This document shows positions 37,501-43,100 of a stretch of DNA of 64,000 nucleotides, in pieces (the first letter of the stretch is position 1; every line of letters begins with the position of its first letter). A model generated the notes under the pieces. The model ran no database searches. It was not told the DNA's origin and worked only from the letters and a program-made list of their open reading frames with translations. A program made the translations under genes and the position numbers. The DNA comes from Bradymonadia bacterium (lineage in GTDB: Bacteria; Myxococcota_A; Bradymonadia; UBA7976; UBA1532), in assembly GCA_046290225.1 (NCBI GenBank), contig JBKAGE010000078.1, positions 416,001 through 480,000 of the forward strand, written 5' to 3'.

Positions 37501-40135
37501 CAGCGCCGATGGGCAGGAGCTGAGCCGGGGCACCGTGCAGACCATCCCCGCCGGGGCGCGCTTCGACGGCAACACCATCTTCACCCGAATCCCCGCCAAC
37601 GGTCGGACCTGCGTGGACGTCAACGTCGTGGTGCCCGAGGCCCTCGAGGAGGGCGCTCAGATCCAGTTCGTGGCCACAGTGCCTGCATTCTCCTGGGCTC
37701 GGGATGGCGCCAACATCCCTGCTCTGGCGCAGCTCACTGGCAGCATGAACTCCAGCATCACCACCACCGCCTACTTCGGCACAGCCCAGGCGGACCGGGA
37801 TATCTACATTGGAGACGACACGGTGGTCATCACCGGTCAGGCCATCGATCGGGAGACGAACAACCCGCTGCCCAACACGGCCCTCAAGGTGGGCTTCACC
37901 ACCCGGGGCTTCTCGTGGACCGAGGATGTCACCACCGACGACGACGGCAACTTCCAGTACAACTACAACCCGGCCCACGGCCTCGCCGGTGAGATCGTCA
38001 TCTGGGCGGCTCACCCCGACGTGGTCGATGTCCTCGACCAGGATCGGTTCACCATCTACCGGGTCTACACCCGACCCTCGAGCATGAACCTGCGCTCGGC
38101 CAAGGCGGACACGCTGGACTTCAACGTCAAGGTGCTCAACCCCGGCGACGTCCCCCTCACCGGCTTGCAGCTGGCCACCGAGGCCTTCATCACCGACGAG
38201 AACGGCGACGAGCAGCCCATCGACAGCATCCGGGGCAGCATCATCGACCTGCCTGCGGACTTCGAGGTGGCCGCTGGTGGCGAGGGCGAGATCACCCTCC
38301 AGCTGGAGGCGGACATCGACGCCCCGGATCACGCCCTCGTCCTCTACCGGCTGACCTCCGCCGAGGGGGCCGCCGTGGTGGTGGACGCCAACGTCACGTT
38401 GTCCGAGGCCATCCCCATCATCAACGTGAAGGCGCCGGCCCGGGGCTTCGTGGACGTCAGCATGCGGCTCGGCGAGATCGAGACTGTGCCCGTCACCCTC
38501 ACCAACGAAGGTCTGCGCCCGCTGGAGAACGCTGTCCTCACCGTACCCGCGGTGCCCTGGATCACCACCAACCGCGAGGTTGTGGATGGACAGGTGGCCC
38601 TCGGCGACATCGCCGTCGGCGAGAGCGTCACCCTCGACGTAGTGCTGACCCCCGGCGAGGATCTGGAGCAAGGCCCCTACGCCGACCAGTTCCAGCTCAC
38701 AGGCGACAACTCGGCCCAGGTGTTCGACCTGAACGTCTTCGCCCTGCTCACCTCTGCCGACGAAGGCGCCGCGGAGTTCCGGGTCCTGGCCAACACCGGG
38801 GATCCGGTGGAGGGCGCCAAGGTCCGACTCCAGAACAGCGCCATCCGCGCTGCGGACTCGGCCACCACCGACGAGAATGGGGTGGCGCGCTTCAACGCGC
38901 TGTCCACCGGGACGTGGTCCTACCAGGTCACCGCCCCAGGCCATGCCAGCGTCTACGATGTCGTGGAGGTCGAGGCAGAGCAGACCACCGTCACCACGGT
39001 GGAGTTGGAGCGGGAGCTGGTCTCCATCAACTTCCGAGTGGAGCCGGTGCCCTTCACCGACCGCTACGAGATCAAGATCGAGCAGACCTTCGTGACCAAC
39101 GTGCCTGTGCCCGTGCTCGTGATCGACCCGCCCTTCGTGCAGATCGACAACCCCGAGCCCGGGTTCCAGACCACCATCATCGCCAAGGTGAAGAACGAGG
39201 GCCTCAAGGCCATCGACGACGTCACCCTGACCCGGGACGAGATCGAGGAGGCCAGCCTCATCCCCCTCATCGAGTACATCCCACGCCTAGGCGCCATGCA
39301 GACCGTTGAGGTGCCCTTCCGGATCATCTACCGCGGTGATCAGCAGCCGGACCAGCCGGCGTGCACCGTAGGCGACGCCGGCAGCGCTGGTCAGGCGGCT
39401 CTGGGCATCGCCTCGATCATCGCCGGCAGCAGCCGCTCGGACATCTCCGGTGCCGAGAAGCGGGCCGCCGCCACGCTGACGACGGCCTTGCTCCTGCTCG
39501 CCGATCTGTCTGTCTGCCCAGGCATCCCTGGCACTCCGAGCCTCCCCGGCGGCGGCAGCTGCCTGGCGGGTCTGCTGATGCAGTTCATGCCATGCATCGG
39601 CAGTGGTAGCTCCGATGGGGGCAACAACAATGGCCCGAGCGGCCCGGGCAACAGCAGCCCTGGTGGCTTTGGTCCTCCTGGCTGCTTCACCGAGGGTACG
39701 CCGGTGCTCATGGCCGATGGCTCCCGTCAGCCCATCGAGAGCATCCAGGTGGGCGACAAGGTCGCGGGCCTGGACGGCGAGGCCGCCGAGGTCACCCGCA
39801 CCTATGTCCGAGAGAGCAGCCACGTACGCGAGGTGCGCTACCGCGACGAGAAGGGCCAGCTGAGACGGCTGGAGACCACCGACGGCCACGCATTCAGAGA
39901 GAAGAAACGAGGATGGGTGCCTGCCGGCAAACTCGAGGTGGGCGACACGCTCATCCTCGTGGAGGGAGAGGCCACCATCGTCTCCACCGAGCGCTATGAT
40001 GAGGCCGTGGAGGTGTTCAACCTCGACGTGGCCGATCAGCACGCCTACTTCGCCAACGATGCCTGGGTACAGCAGAAGTGCGATGCCGAGGTGAAGCTGG
40101 ATGAAACCAACATGACCGAGGAGGAGGGGCAGTGA
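19586..40135 (+). CDS. Giant (~6,850 aa) secreted protein: right-handed parallel beta-helix modules, Ig-like/FN3 domains, carboxypeptidase-regulatory-like domain, C-terminal Hint domain
   Basis: RBS GGAGGT then ATG 19586; signal peptide MRIRHAVVVCLLWTVGLFVAPAAA; repeated TIxPGxxxKF...FTSxRDDxxGGDTNxDG and NxxxGI turns; FN3 (YxYRVxAxDxAGN); CFTEGT...TDGH...VFNLDV at the C-terminus. Confidence 0.92.
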   Translation: MRIRHAVVVCLLWTVGLFVAPAAAQVAEHSGTITAQTTWSAEVTHLITGDVTVNADVILNIDPGTVIKFRSGTRLTVNGAMIARGVEGGEIYFTSYRDDEIGGDTNGDGPSYGRPGDWEYIRFSSTVAADVTKLEHVHVRYAGQGNFTGIYLESAPITFRDGSITDSSAHGLYLTSANALIERNVFARNGLDGIWMQHSYPTIHDNTISENNDGVSVQYSAPDLVGNTIVNNRGWGINYRSSATSTVLSGNTITGNLRPARIPASALPNLEDGNTFVPNQIPALWIYAGTRNSDIRLPVLRDGDSVLRTYYVHNGRLRITDGHTFTVDPGVVMKFGNDSGLQIEGTMNAIGTADEEIVFTSVYDDSYGGDLGANGGRHPARRDWYGLLFSSAEEVNLEHTRVLHAGDNQGAIQLNSTTLNMTHSEIAFSYAQGLYFYGNGNTLTFDNVDIYGCRGDGMYFQSNGTFNGTNMRVFANGDDGIHTDHSAAITITGAIFGNRGHGVRGSGSAVLTAQDVWWGAADGPSGDGPGSGDSIVNQVDASNPRGVGDRYSYLDAGPNNTTGGDLATPNVVQGLPSVEFGTSRDYDLLYDLDQVIVDFGAVNTARALEAILVYHNNDSTANVGGNVQQLLDGNGDLLHGPIELGSSLPHAIKVPIPATAYDNEPLRLQVDKVFGQRAVLAEVYLLERDGGADVPTSSITSPANGDRLAGSTIEVKGQSNAASGVTQIEVGVDGGDGFTWHPVASVDGNNWIFRWSTPVDGTYTLTARALSSSGNWEVAGAGIQVIVDNTAPDAATEVYAYDTPVDAGGRIEVRWTDSASSDVALYRVERKAADEIFYTELGTTVQPQWSDATAVNNVFYTYRIVTEDLTGNRTTSEESAPAQAILNGGADATPPENVTNLSAFAGDGFVQLNWTRSVDSANDLADQLIQASVDGGASWGVVAPNYNDAGAVTVNKLTKAYFFDGLANGTTYRFRVLTRDSSNNVSAGVATDDLTPDANLFNQVSGTISSDTVWSAGVFYVSSDLTINDGATLYIEPGVVVKLKSSVRILVRGGFQAIGTAQAPITITAYADDSVGGDTNKDGPSQGTPGAWERIQFDYADDSVLRHVNIRYAGQGNISSIYAHRSNYELTDVTITDSSSHGIYNDSASPTIRRTVITDCNNEGIYLNGTNGSAPVITDTRVERCSHGLRFSSAGPVLENNTLRDNVGYGIYFNNTTSGPVIRGNTIDGNRTGVRLPFAMVPSVEDGNVIGPNDRDVLEIVGNSRSTSLELGTDHVYYVVSGDASVASGAALTLQPGVIWKSQGRLRIYGGLYAVGTAESPIIMTSYRDDEFGGDTNNNGLSSGAPADWRELRIESTALVFLTRLEHVHTRYGRGLVIDTQRDIVVRNSKFNHHSGNGLNSNNASPTIIDSEFNHNTSLGMYFGHGGSPTLIGNTVSNNGTDGIQSYAPFAAFDDNTVTDNSTWGVRFLHNVHTAKPTGNVITGNRHSMYISARSLPNPEDNNVFAPNEVNGLWIYGDVVSRDLNLSVQQAEVNGPALTTYVINGSLNINNGYTLDIGPGTIFKFSSTSGRLYIYSDATLNVAGTAEQPVYFTSDEDDIGGDINRDGDSNVGQPGQWDHIYIQGTANIDHAHIRYTNDGSSALYFSGATALVRNSIISDSRYDGIQAHSSNLTLENTSVYGNLRRGIYLSNSETTITGGEIIANTSHGIESVNHVSTNVSGTSIFANQGVGFTSNRASTARNVWWGAADGPSGEGSGAGDDVSANVDFADHLQDGRRFLYIDAGPTVSTDGDLVNAPVVAQGTPTTDWGNSPSTRSLYDADEVRLEFDEIAGGSSLEVIARYLNADSASAVGGNRQTMQLGDGTQVHGATAVGASYAQTRRAFLPSVAGPLTLKVVRESGYRTAFSEMWLMESAGSADSDAPISQITSPAPGQSLSGSVFIITGVVADTSALHAVEIGVDSGGGPSWRPVTQWAPDGSFNYRWSLPEDGNYTLYARATDAAGNVEVPAAGVLVTIDRHPPEPVESVGATVTVDGQDTHITVGWSLSPDDGAGDDDVAEYIIERRIEGLVDFDPVGTTAGGADRLVDTTVVAGVPYEYRVITVDDAGNQTPSNAVSSGVATTDGVDATIPADATDLVATAGNASVSLSWTASVDEDLDIFLQQVSVSADGGITWGANAPLFNDGQAFTFSNRLTNYLVGGLTNGSPYHFRLQMVDAAGNTSPGIQAGPTTPTEDAFIRISSHISTDARWAAGVFVVAGDIQVRSGATLTIDRGVIVKFEPGSSLRVQSGSRLIANGVAGDEIVFTSVRDDSVGGDTNGDGDSSAPAANDWENVMFSDAADGNRMSHFVLRYAGSRGIGGLYSERSSVAITDCSISSTSSYGIYFYQGGASEISRCDISNTTHSGIYAFQATMDMEDNEIFETNHGIEVYSGTTEIIGNTLRDNRGHGVFFHTVGATSVLEDNVITRNVTPVRVPFSAMPGLGSGNVMTDNSRAVIEVYGATRNDSLEVTPSHVIHQYSGNSTLSAGVVLRVQPGVVWKFTGGRLDIYGALYAVGTAEEPIYFTSYRDDAVGGDTNNNGTTTGVAGDWDRLYVRSQSLSFLTRLEHVHVRYGDGLLIENSPINVVDSRIDHSAQQCVYVDRNAPVITNTYMGDCRHDVIYAQSASPVLIGNTMERGTNGLNATWSTATLENNIFRDNRDWGVWFNQNTTMPVMTGNTVTGNLRSVHIPISGVPNTEDGNTFVPNEIDGLFIRGGTRSTPLRLSVQTVGDRSMNSYYFENVTMNAPMVIDPGVVLKFPDGHRLTMQDTLTAVGTAAEPIYFTSYRDDAIGGDMNNDGTSTPYAGAWRNVWLNNSDGHVIDHAEFRFCGSSTACLDVDNATLTLSNSTIMSSRYQGIDAWRSSTTMTNVDVLGHRGHGIYLHDSGTHDISNSRIFGNIGDGIQSHNTVVVTARNVEFFANGGNHIRHNGNQPMDAQQCWWGDPVGPADRVSGNVDTTNFLNDGTEYSWLDAGPNETLSYGINTPVYEGLTSTVWGTGVDEDVLYDAEDQQLTVSYNGMDENKSFRALVGYYNGDARTTVQTLTDFAGQVIHGPMPLPTGRATRFQYGLPRAAGGQLQLLFTATQGERALLSSILLFADNSVDTTAPTVTIARPEASDILSADTHSIGGVVSDDDTVVSVEVGIEKDGALTWHRADNFSNGHWQFRWNPSEGVYTLRARALDQTGNLGVASPVTVTVDTTPPLAPTNLRVNQVAGALRATWSRSFEDASGQNGVVRYDILRSTRLDDEYVAIGQVPAGVAQYDDLNVQNGELWHYRVRAVDAAGNTATSSPYGPVEVNQSFDDTPPEEASNLTAQASHLDGVTSAFLRWSGSPDSDGDLIGYRISVSADNGTTWGSLAPAFNNNAYTTVGTAIRSHQIPGLSVGSTYTFRIQAVDASQNVSAGITTDLTVNGGEFIELSGNIQGTTTLGAGVYVFNSVTVPQGAQLLFGPGAIIKMRSNTRLNVQGLMRAVGSEQQPVVFTAFDDDSIGGDTNGDGFSESAPGYWRGIYFYNTADHLRSLMQFAEIRFGGRSGQASLSVEASMEITDTRILDGDAYGIYVHNSTPTFRRVEVRNHRLDGVYLTSANAHLEDCVVAENDNHGVFTQFSHPGFEGCEITDNAKYGIYYAYAGYSVATFNNNTITGNHTSVRIPVNGLTGENNVLTPNTRAVVEISGQTVSSDLRLSVLADDTPDRMNTYYLISDMTMAGGTRIEFDPGVVMKFGANARLTVRGEIAARGTLAQKVVFTSYKDEQHGYDLTSDSTLPVSGEWDGVYLNRDGFAPPSRLEHTIIRYADYNLYVQNGFQVLSTDCELTNAQHDGLYAYIADVELIGCRIWGNSGDGAEINHPNTYVAITFSHISSNGEDGVEIHNSGRADLQNNRFFQNGSRALNNRTGNVIDAGQSWWGDNDGSGPYHADDNPNGIGDGVSDNVTFLPFVVDPPFEYGYRNFSASAPSTAGGLPAPTVTFGTIGEESDAWDAQARPPYTMAFDNELVQVSFTGLDPNRRYKARVTYYNGDATNTNQSLADGEGRPIHPSYIMPRARPVQYEFPIAQAYTSSGEMQLNVVNENPNNSIRGAISQVWMIEDLAEVSPPRFELVSFNDVDGSGTLTVGDEYHFQFSEAMDTTNTVADAQLVMVGGGSYGNENQVAWSPDERVAVVTLNEGFTVNGDEQVTPVDMFDPYGNAVVGTQVLSDIDTVAPTFLAIDWVDVDDNGQGSLGDQHIFRFSEAMDTTIIEGGVDANTHLRPQGSRRYGSTNVVEWSADRRSVTVTMTEGYTIQDNELVVPTRFVTDVAGNSVVGTQNLSGRDEIAPEMLAIRFNDANGNGAVSLGDSFTFVFSEPMRTAPVSNGTTEANINLSPAGRRYGTVNQARWNADNTEVTVTVTPGFTIVGNEQVAPAPLIADVAGNTVINGLALNVQDVQPPSLVEISPRYISPLSPVSDYRLTLRFNSAMDPSQLPNIVLNNDDGPNPVVVDGEWLTTRYPNDTYTTGNIDLTADHHGILTVDVTDATDVAGNTMTSAEGAYTLDLDAIEPAAPNTQIQVQGCDAARLSWAGYDAPEDLAGFQIYREGAAFNEVDGVSLFDQIASDRREYTLTGLQLDTTYHVGVAALDRVTNFSANVVSQAVRIDQVVPPAVPVSLAAGADPTTVVVRWNGYNASAYCGLAGFRVYLQEANFNDVGALAPVSTLGAEATQTELVGLARDRVYYIAVVAFNEAGEALNAVNTREWTDPLSGAVSSDLTLGNGAQRVIDVNETMVVVGGAVVTIAPGTTVRFGPDAGIVVQDGALVAEGTVFEPILLTSQNHTPARGDWSGVELTAGAGGSILNHVALEYGEGLTIDGSSPSVENFTARHNQGSGISVSGGNLDLSDDTLLTFNDTGMSVGAGGNFNITGSVIKNNTVNALNDGGTLTAEGNWWGSLDAGTIAGGVQGAVSTDNFLDYEPVLSPAVRVAGGETLVVRRRINLDLTARNAVEMRFSEDDTFNGVFFDDFATTGEHLVSSGSGAKTIYAQFRSITGTNSAPVAFVFDFDTTEPVIDNFSLEEGQVVGRPIEVVGQASSGIGLTRLDIEINGEIVSSNEVSPVTYAWDPRQWPEGIYTVRLWVYDVAENVVVVERTVFVEHQAPPQPVITDPQDGRLFNVTQINMQGTAEPNVTVDVKRDGFTVGRPVAAANGIWTLADVDLVEGTQTFVARAVDEIGTSLASEGVTVALDTGAPGTPVLTEAHLILGRGVIVGWEPPAQGEEAVRYDVYRHAVDFGSPAEAVRVAQNIEELSWLDETGDEGNWYYAVVGLDTPGNASGLSNRLSAQYDLTRPAITVSIPDQASFGIGPVALTVESSESLQQAPTLTVTPQGVGPVAVSLVEVGANRYTGVFNITGATPSGPTVLRVTATDVVGNVFSGAPVGAGPVVDTQGPEVQSLTYNVDPPVQVLDTKDVQVDLVLDEPAAIGTIPNMTYDPPIGNPVNVGLAGSGAVWRGTLRLTSAMGSGLGTFSVTAEDTFGNIRTSPGGSLEIYDDDAPNPTVPPSLTSATSRPAGAVELRWNAVPQASSYNVYRSTGNCPGDGWVEIASGINDLTYTDTPETDGVYCYGLTTDRLGAESGASNRFNVLSDRVPPEAPTNLAVVLAPAGVRVTFDASPGDEVPTRYRVLRNGDQIRSLNGGLNTYTYNDHPPAGGDFDYTIEAQDGAGNTATTAPETFSLAVGAVTQLEVLLDHFEPPLLTWGRSDPNTTGYHVERGGVRITQQPLQEPRFVDETYPGNNVVEYAVIAVNAEGQESPPRTVSVKPVFLDVFADRTVSHYFNQLQIQLINSDGVVHVDSIETQITVNGEEEFLTTDELGVDVAGAPFEFIRVFPTSANLDTRIVRVTARVNSEAATVRYRRFAAANVYRALGQLDLVAADTPVAGTLSSIEVCINNRGQAPMDVVTARENGSQPGDLTVAVTSADGQELSRGTVQTIPAGARFDGNTIFTRIPANGRTCVDVNVVVPEALEEGAQIQFVATVPAFSWARDGANIPALAQLTGSMNSSITTTAYFGTAQADRDIYIGDDTVVITGQAIDRETNNPLPNTALKVGFTTRGFSWTEDVTTDDDGNFQYNYNPAHGLAGEIVIWAAHPDVVDVLDQDRFTIYRVYTRPSSMNLRSAKADTLDFNVKVLNPGDVPLTGLQLATEAFITDENGDEQPIDSIRGSIIDLPADFEVAAGGEGEITLQLEADIDAPDHALVLYRLTSAEGAAVVVDANVTLSEAIPIINVKAPARGFVDVSMRLGEIETVPVTLTNEGLRPLENAVLTVPAVPWITTNREVVDGQVALGDIAVGESVTLDVVLTPGEDLEQGPYADQFQLTGDNSAQVFDLNVFALLTSADEGAAEFRVLANTGDPVEGAKVRLQNSAIRAADSATTDENGVARFNALSTGTWSYQVTAPGHASVYDVVEVEAEQTTVTTVELERELVSINFRVEPVPFTDRYEIKIEQTFVTNVPVPVLVIDPPFVQIDNPEPGFQTTIIAKVKNEGLKAIDDVTLTRDEIEEASLIPLIEYIPRLGAMQTVEVPFRIIYRGDQQPDQPACTVGDAGSAGQAALGIASIIAGSSRSDISGAEKRAAATLTTALLLLADLSVCPGIPGTPSLPGGGSCLAGLLMQFMPCIGSGSSDGGNNNGPSGPGNSSPGGFGPPGCFTEGTPVLMADGSRQPIESIQVGDKVAGLDGEAAEVTRTYVRESSHVREVRYRDEKGQLRRLETTDGHAFREKKRGWVPAGKLEVGDTLILVEGEATIVSTERYDEAVEVFNLDVADQHAYFANDAWVQQKCDAEVKLDETNMTEEEGQ
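39683..40075 (+). other. Hint (Hedgehog/intein-like, BIL/pre-toxin type) domain within the giant CDS
   Basis: Block A CFTEGTPVLMADG, block B TTDGH, WVPAGKLEVGD, block F VFNLDVADQHAYFAN, block G WVQQ; 131 aa. Confidence 0.9.
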
Positions 40136-43100
40136 TGCGTCGGCTCACACTCATCTTCGTATTGCTCTGCCTGAGCCTGCCCGCTCAGGCGGCCCGTCAG
40201 TTCGACGGGGTCTGCTCCGTCGTCAAGATGGAGATCCTCCAGGAGCTCACGCTTGAGCGGATCGGCTTCCTGGCCACCTTGGAGATCACCAACAACGAGT
40301 CGGACGCCAGCATCACCGACTTCTCCGCGGCCCTCACCTTCCAGGTGGAGGACGAGAACGGAGAGCTCGTGGAGGCTGCCGACCTGTTCTTCGTGCAGGC
40401 CCCCGAGCTGCGCGGGGTGAGGTCCATCGACGGCACTGGGGTCATTCGCCCCGGTGAGACCGCCACCATCAGCTGGTTCATCATCCCCACCATCACCGCC
40501 GGCGGCACCGACGCCAACGGCATCAACTACAACGTCGGGGCCCTACTCGGTGGCTCCCTCCTCGGAGAGCCCATCGATCCCGACACCCTCGCGGTCATCC
40601 CCGACACCATCACGGTGCGGCCGGAGCCTCAGCTGGAGATTTTGTACTTCCAGCCCCGGGACGTGCAGGGCGACAACCCCTTCACCCCCAACGTCGAGAG
40701 CCCCATCCCCTTCACCCTGGGGGTCCGGGTCAAGAACGTGGGCTACGGCACCGCTCGCAAGCTGAAGATCGCCTCCGAGCAGCCCCGCATCGTGGAGAAC
40801 GAAGGGGGGTTGCTGCTCGTGCCGCAGCTCCTCGGCGCCCGAGTGGACGATGATCCTCTGGACAACAGCACCCTCACGGTGGACCTGGGGAACATCGAGC
40901 CGAGCAGCTGTCGAAAGGCCTCGTGGGACATGATCACCAGCCTCTCTGGTGAGTTCACCGAGTTCGAGGCCTCGTACACCCACGACCTCGACCTCGGCGG
41001 CGGCCGGGACATCTCGGTCATCACCGCCATCGACGCCCACTTCATGGTGGCGGAGGTGCTCAACGATCAGCCTGGCCGCGACAGCCTCCTGGACTTCCTC
41101 GCCACCACTGACGACAACACCCGGGAGCTGATCCCCGACACCTTGTTCGAGAGCGACTGCAACACCCTGCCGGTGAACCACCTGCAAGACGTGGAGCTGC
41201 TTGAGTTCGCCAACCTCACCGCCCGCATCCGGGTCAACGTCGATGTGGCCAACCACATCTTCTTCCGCCTCGACGATCCGGGCCAGGCCCGCTACGACAT
41301 CGTCCGAGTGACCCGCTCCGACGGCAAGGTGCTCGACAGCCACAACAGCTGGACCAACATGCGGTACCGCGAGGAGGACAACGCCCGCCTCGAGTACCTC
41401 AACGTCTTCGACTTCGCCCCCCTCGGCGAGTACGAGTACCTGGTGGAGTTCTCTGCCCCCGAGGTGGATCTCGCGCCCCCCGTGTCGCAGATGCTGTTCT
41501 CTGGCCCCCGTGAAGAGGTGGGCGGGATCAACTACATCACTCCCGAGACTCAGATGCTGTTTCTCGTGGAGGACGCCAGCCCGGTGAGCAGCTACTACCG
41601 CCTCGACGGCGGTGACACTCTCCCAGGCTTCCCCTTCACCGTCCCCGCCAGTGGGGCCCACGTGGTGGAGTTCTGGGCTGAGGATGCCTCCGGCAACATC
41701 GAGGACGTACAGCGCGCCGACCTCTTCGTCACTGTGGACGATCCCGCCCTCGCGGGTGTCGCCACCAGCACCGGTGAGGTCTTCACGGGCGGCAACTCCG
41801 TCACCGTACGACCCGAGCAGGTTGAGGTCAGCTTCGACGGCCAGACCCAGGGCGCCACCTTCACCACCTCCGCGGAGGTCTACCGCGGCGTCTACGCCTT
41901 CCCCACCCTCGCCGGCACCCCGTCCTCCCCCACTCGGGACACCGTGGCCAGCCTCACCGTGGGCGGGCACCTCGTGGACTTCTATCAGTACCGCGTCGGT
42001 GTAGAGGACTGGAGCGATGAGCGCCCTGTGGATCAGGTCATCGAGCTCGAGAACCTCTCGGGCACAGTCATTGTCTCCGTGCGGGGCCGCAGCCAGCACT
42101 CCACCGAGTGGAACACCGCCGAGCAGACGGTGACCTGGGAGGTGAATCCCCTGGCGCCCCTCACCGCCATCAGCGGTACGCCAGCCAGCCCGAGCCGGAC
42201 CGGCGACGCCACCTTCACCGTCAGCAACGTGGAGCTCTACCGCTGGCGCTTCCCCGGCAGCTTCTACCGCGCCGAGGCCGCGCCCTCCGTGGTCGTCAAT
42301 CTCAACCAGCTCGACGATGGCCAGCAGGCTCTGGACGTCATCGGGCGCAACGGCGGCCAGTGGCAGGACGAGGAGGCCCCCACCTTCGTCAACTGGCGAG
42401 TCGATCGACTCTACGGCACCCGCCTCCCCGCTGATGCCCGGGTTCGTCACGAGGCCCTCGGCGACGCCGAGCGTTTCGTGTGGGACGCCCGCAACGACGA
42501 CGGCGTGCCGGTCAGCTCGGGGTGGTACTCCATCAAGATCACCATGACCGACGGCCTGGGCCGCGAGACCGCCCAGATCGTCCCTGTGCGGGTGGGCGAT
42601 CTGCTCCCCGACGGGGAGGCCGTCTCCTACTCCGGCGCTGCCAGCCAGCGAGAGGCATACGCCTCCGGTCGGTGGGCTGTGTGGTCGGACCAGCGCCTCG
42701 GCGACTGGGACATCTGGTACCGCCCCCTCGACGTCGACGCCCCTGGGGCCCCGCTGCTCGTGAAGGCCCTGAACCAGGAGCGCCCCCACACCGATGGCCG
42801 CTATGTGGTCTGGCAGGATCGCCAGGCCGACGGCAACTACGACATCTGGATCAAGCCCATCGAGGGTGGAGAGGCCACCGCCATCACCAGCACCGCGGGT
42901 CAGAACGAGACCCGCCCGGTGGTCTCGTGGCCGTGGGTGGTCTACCAGAGCCAGTCGGTGGCGGATCAGAACAACCCGACCCAGCTCTTCGCCCACAACA
43001 TCCAGCAGCAGGAGACCTTCCAGGTGGATCCCACCGACTGGAACCAGGCAGATCCGCGCATCGACGGGGATCGGATCGTCTGGCAGGACTTCCGCGATGC

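Noticed and set aside
39683..40135. Polymorphic toxin with pre-toxin Hint, or a homing intein
   Set aside because: Only 19 aa follow the Hint; there is no toxin domain, immunity gene or endonuclease, and the +1 residue is Lys.
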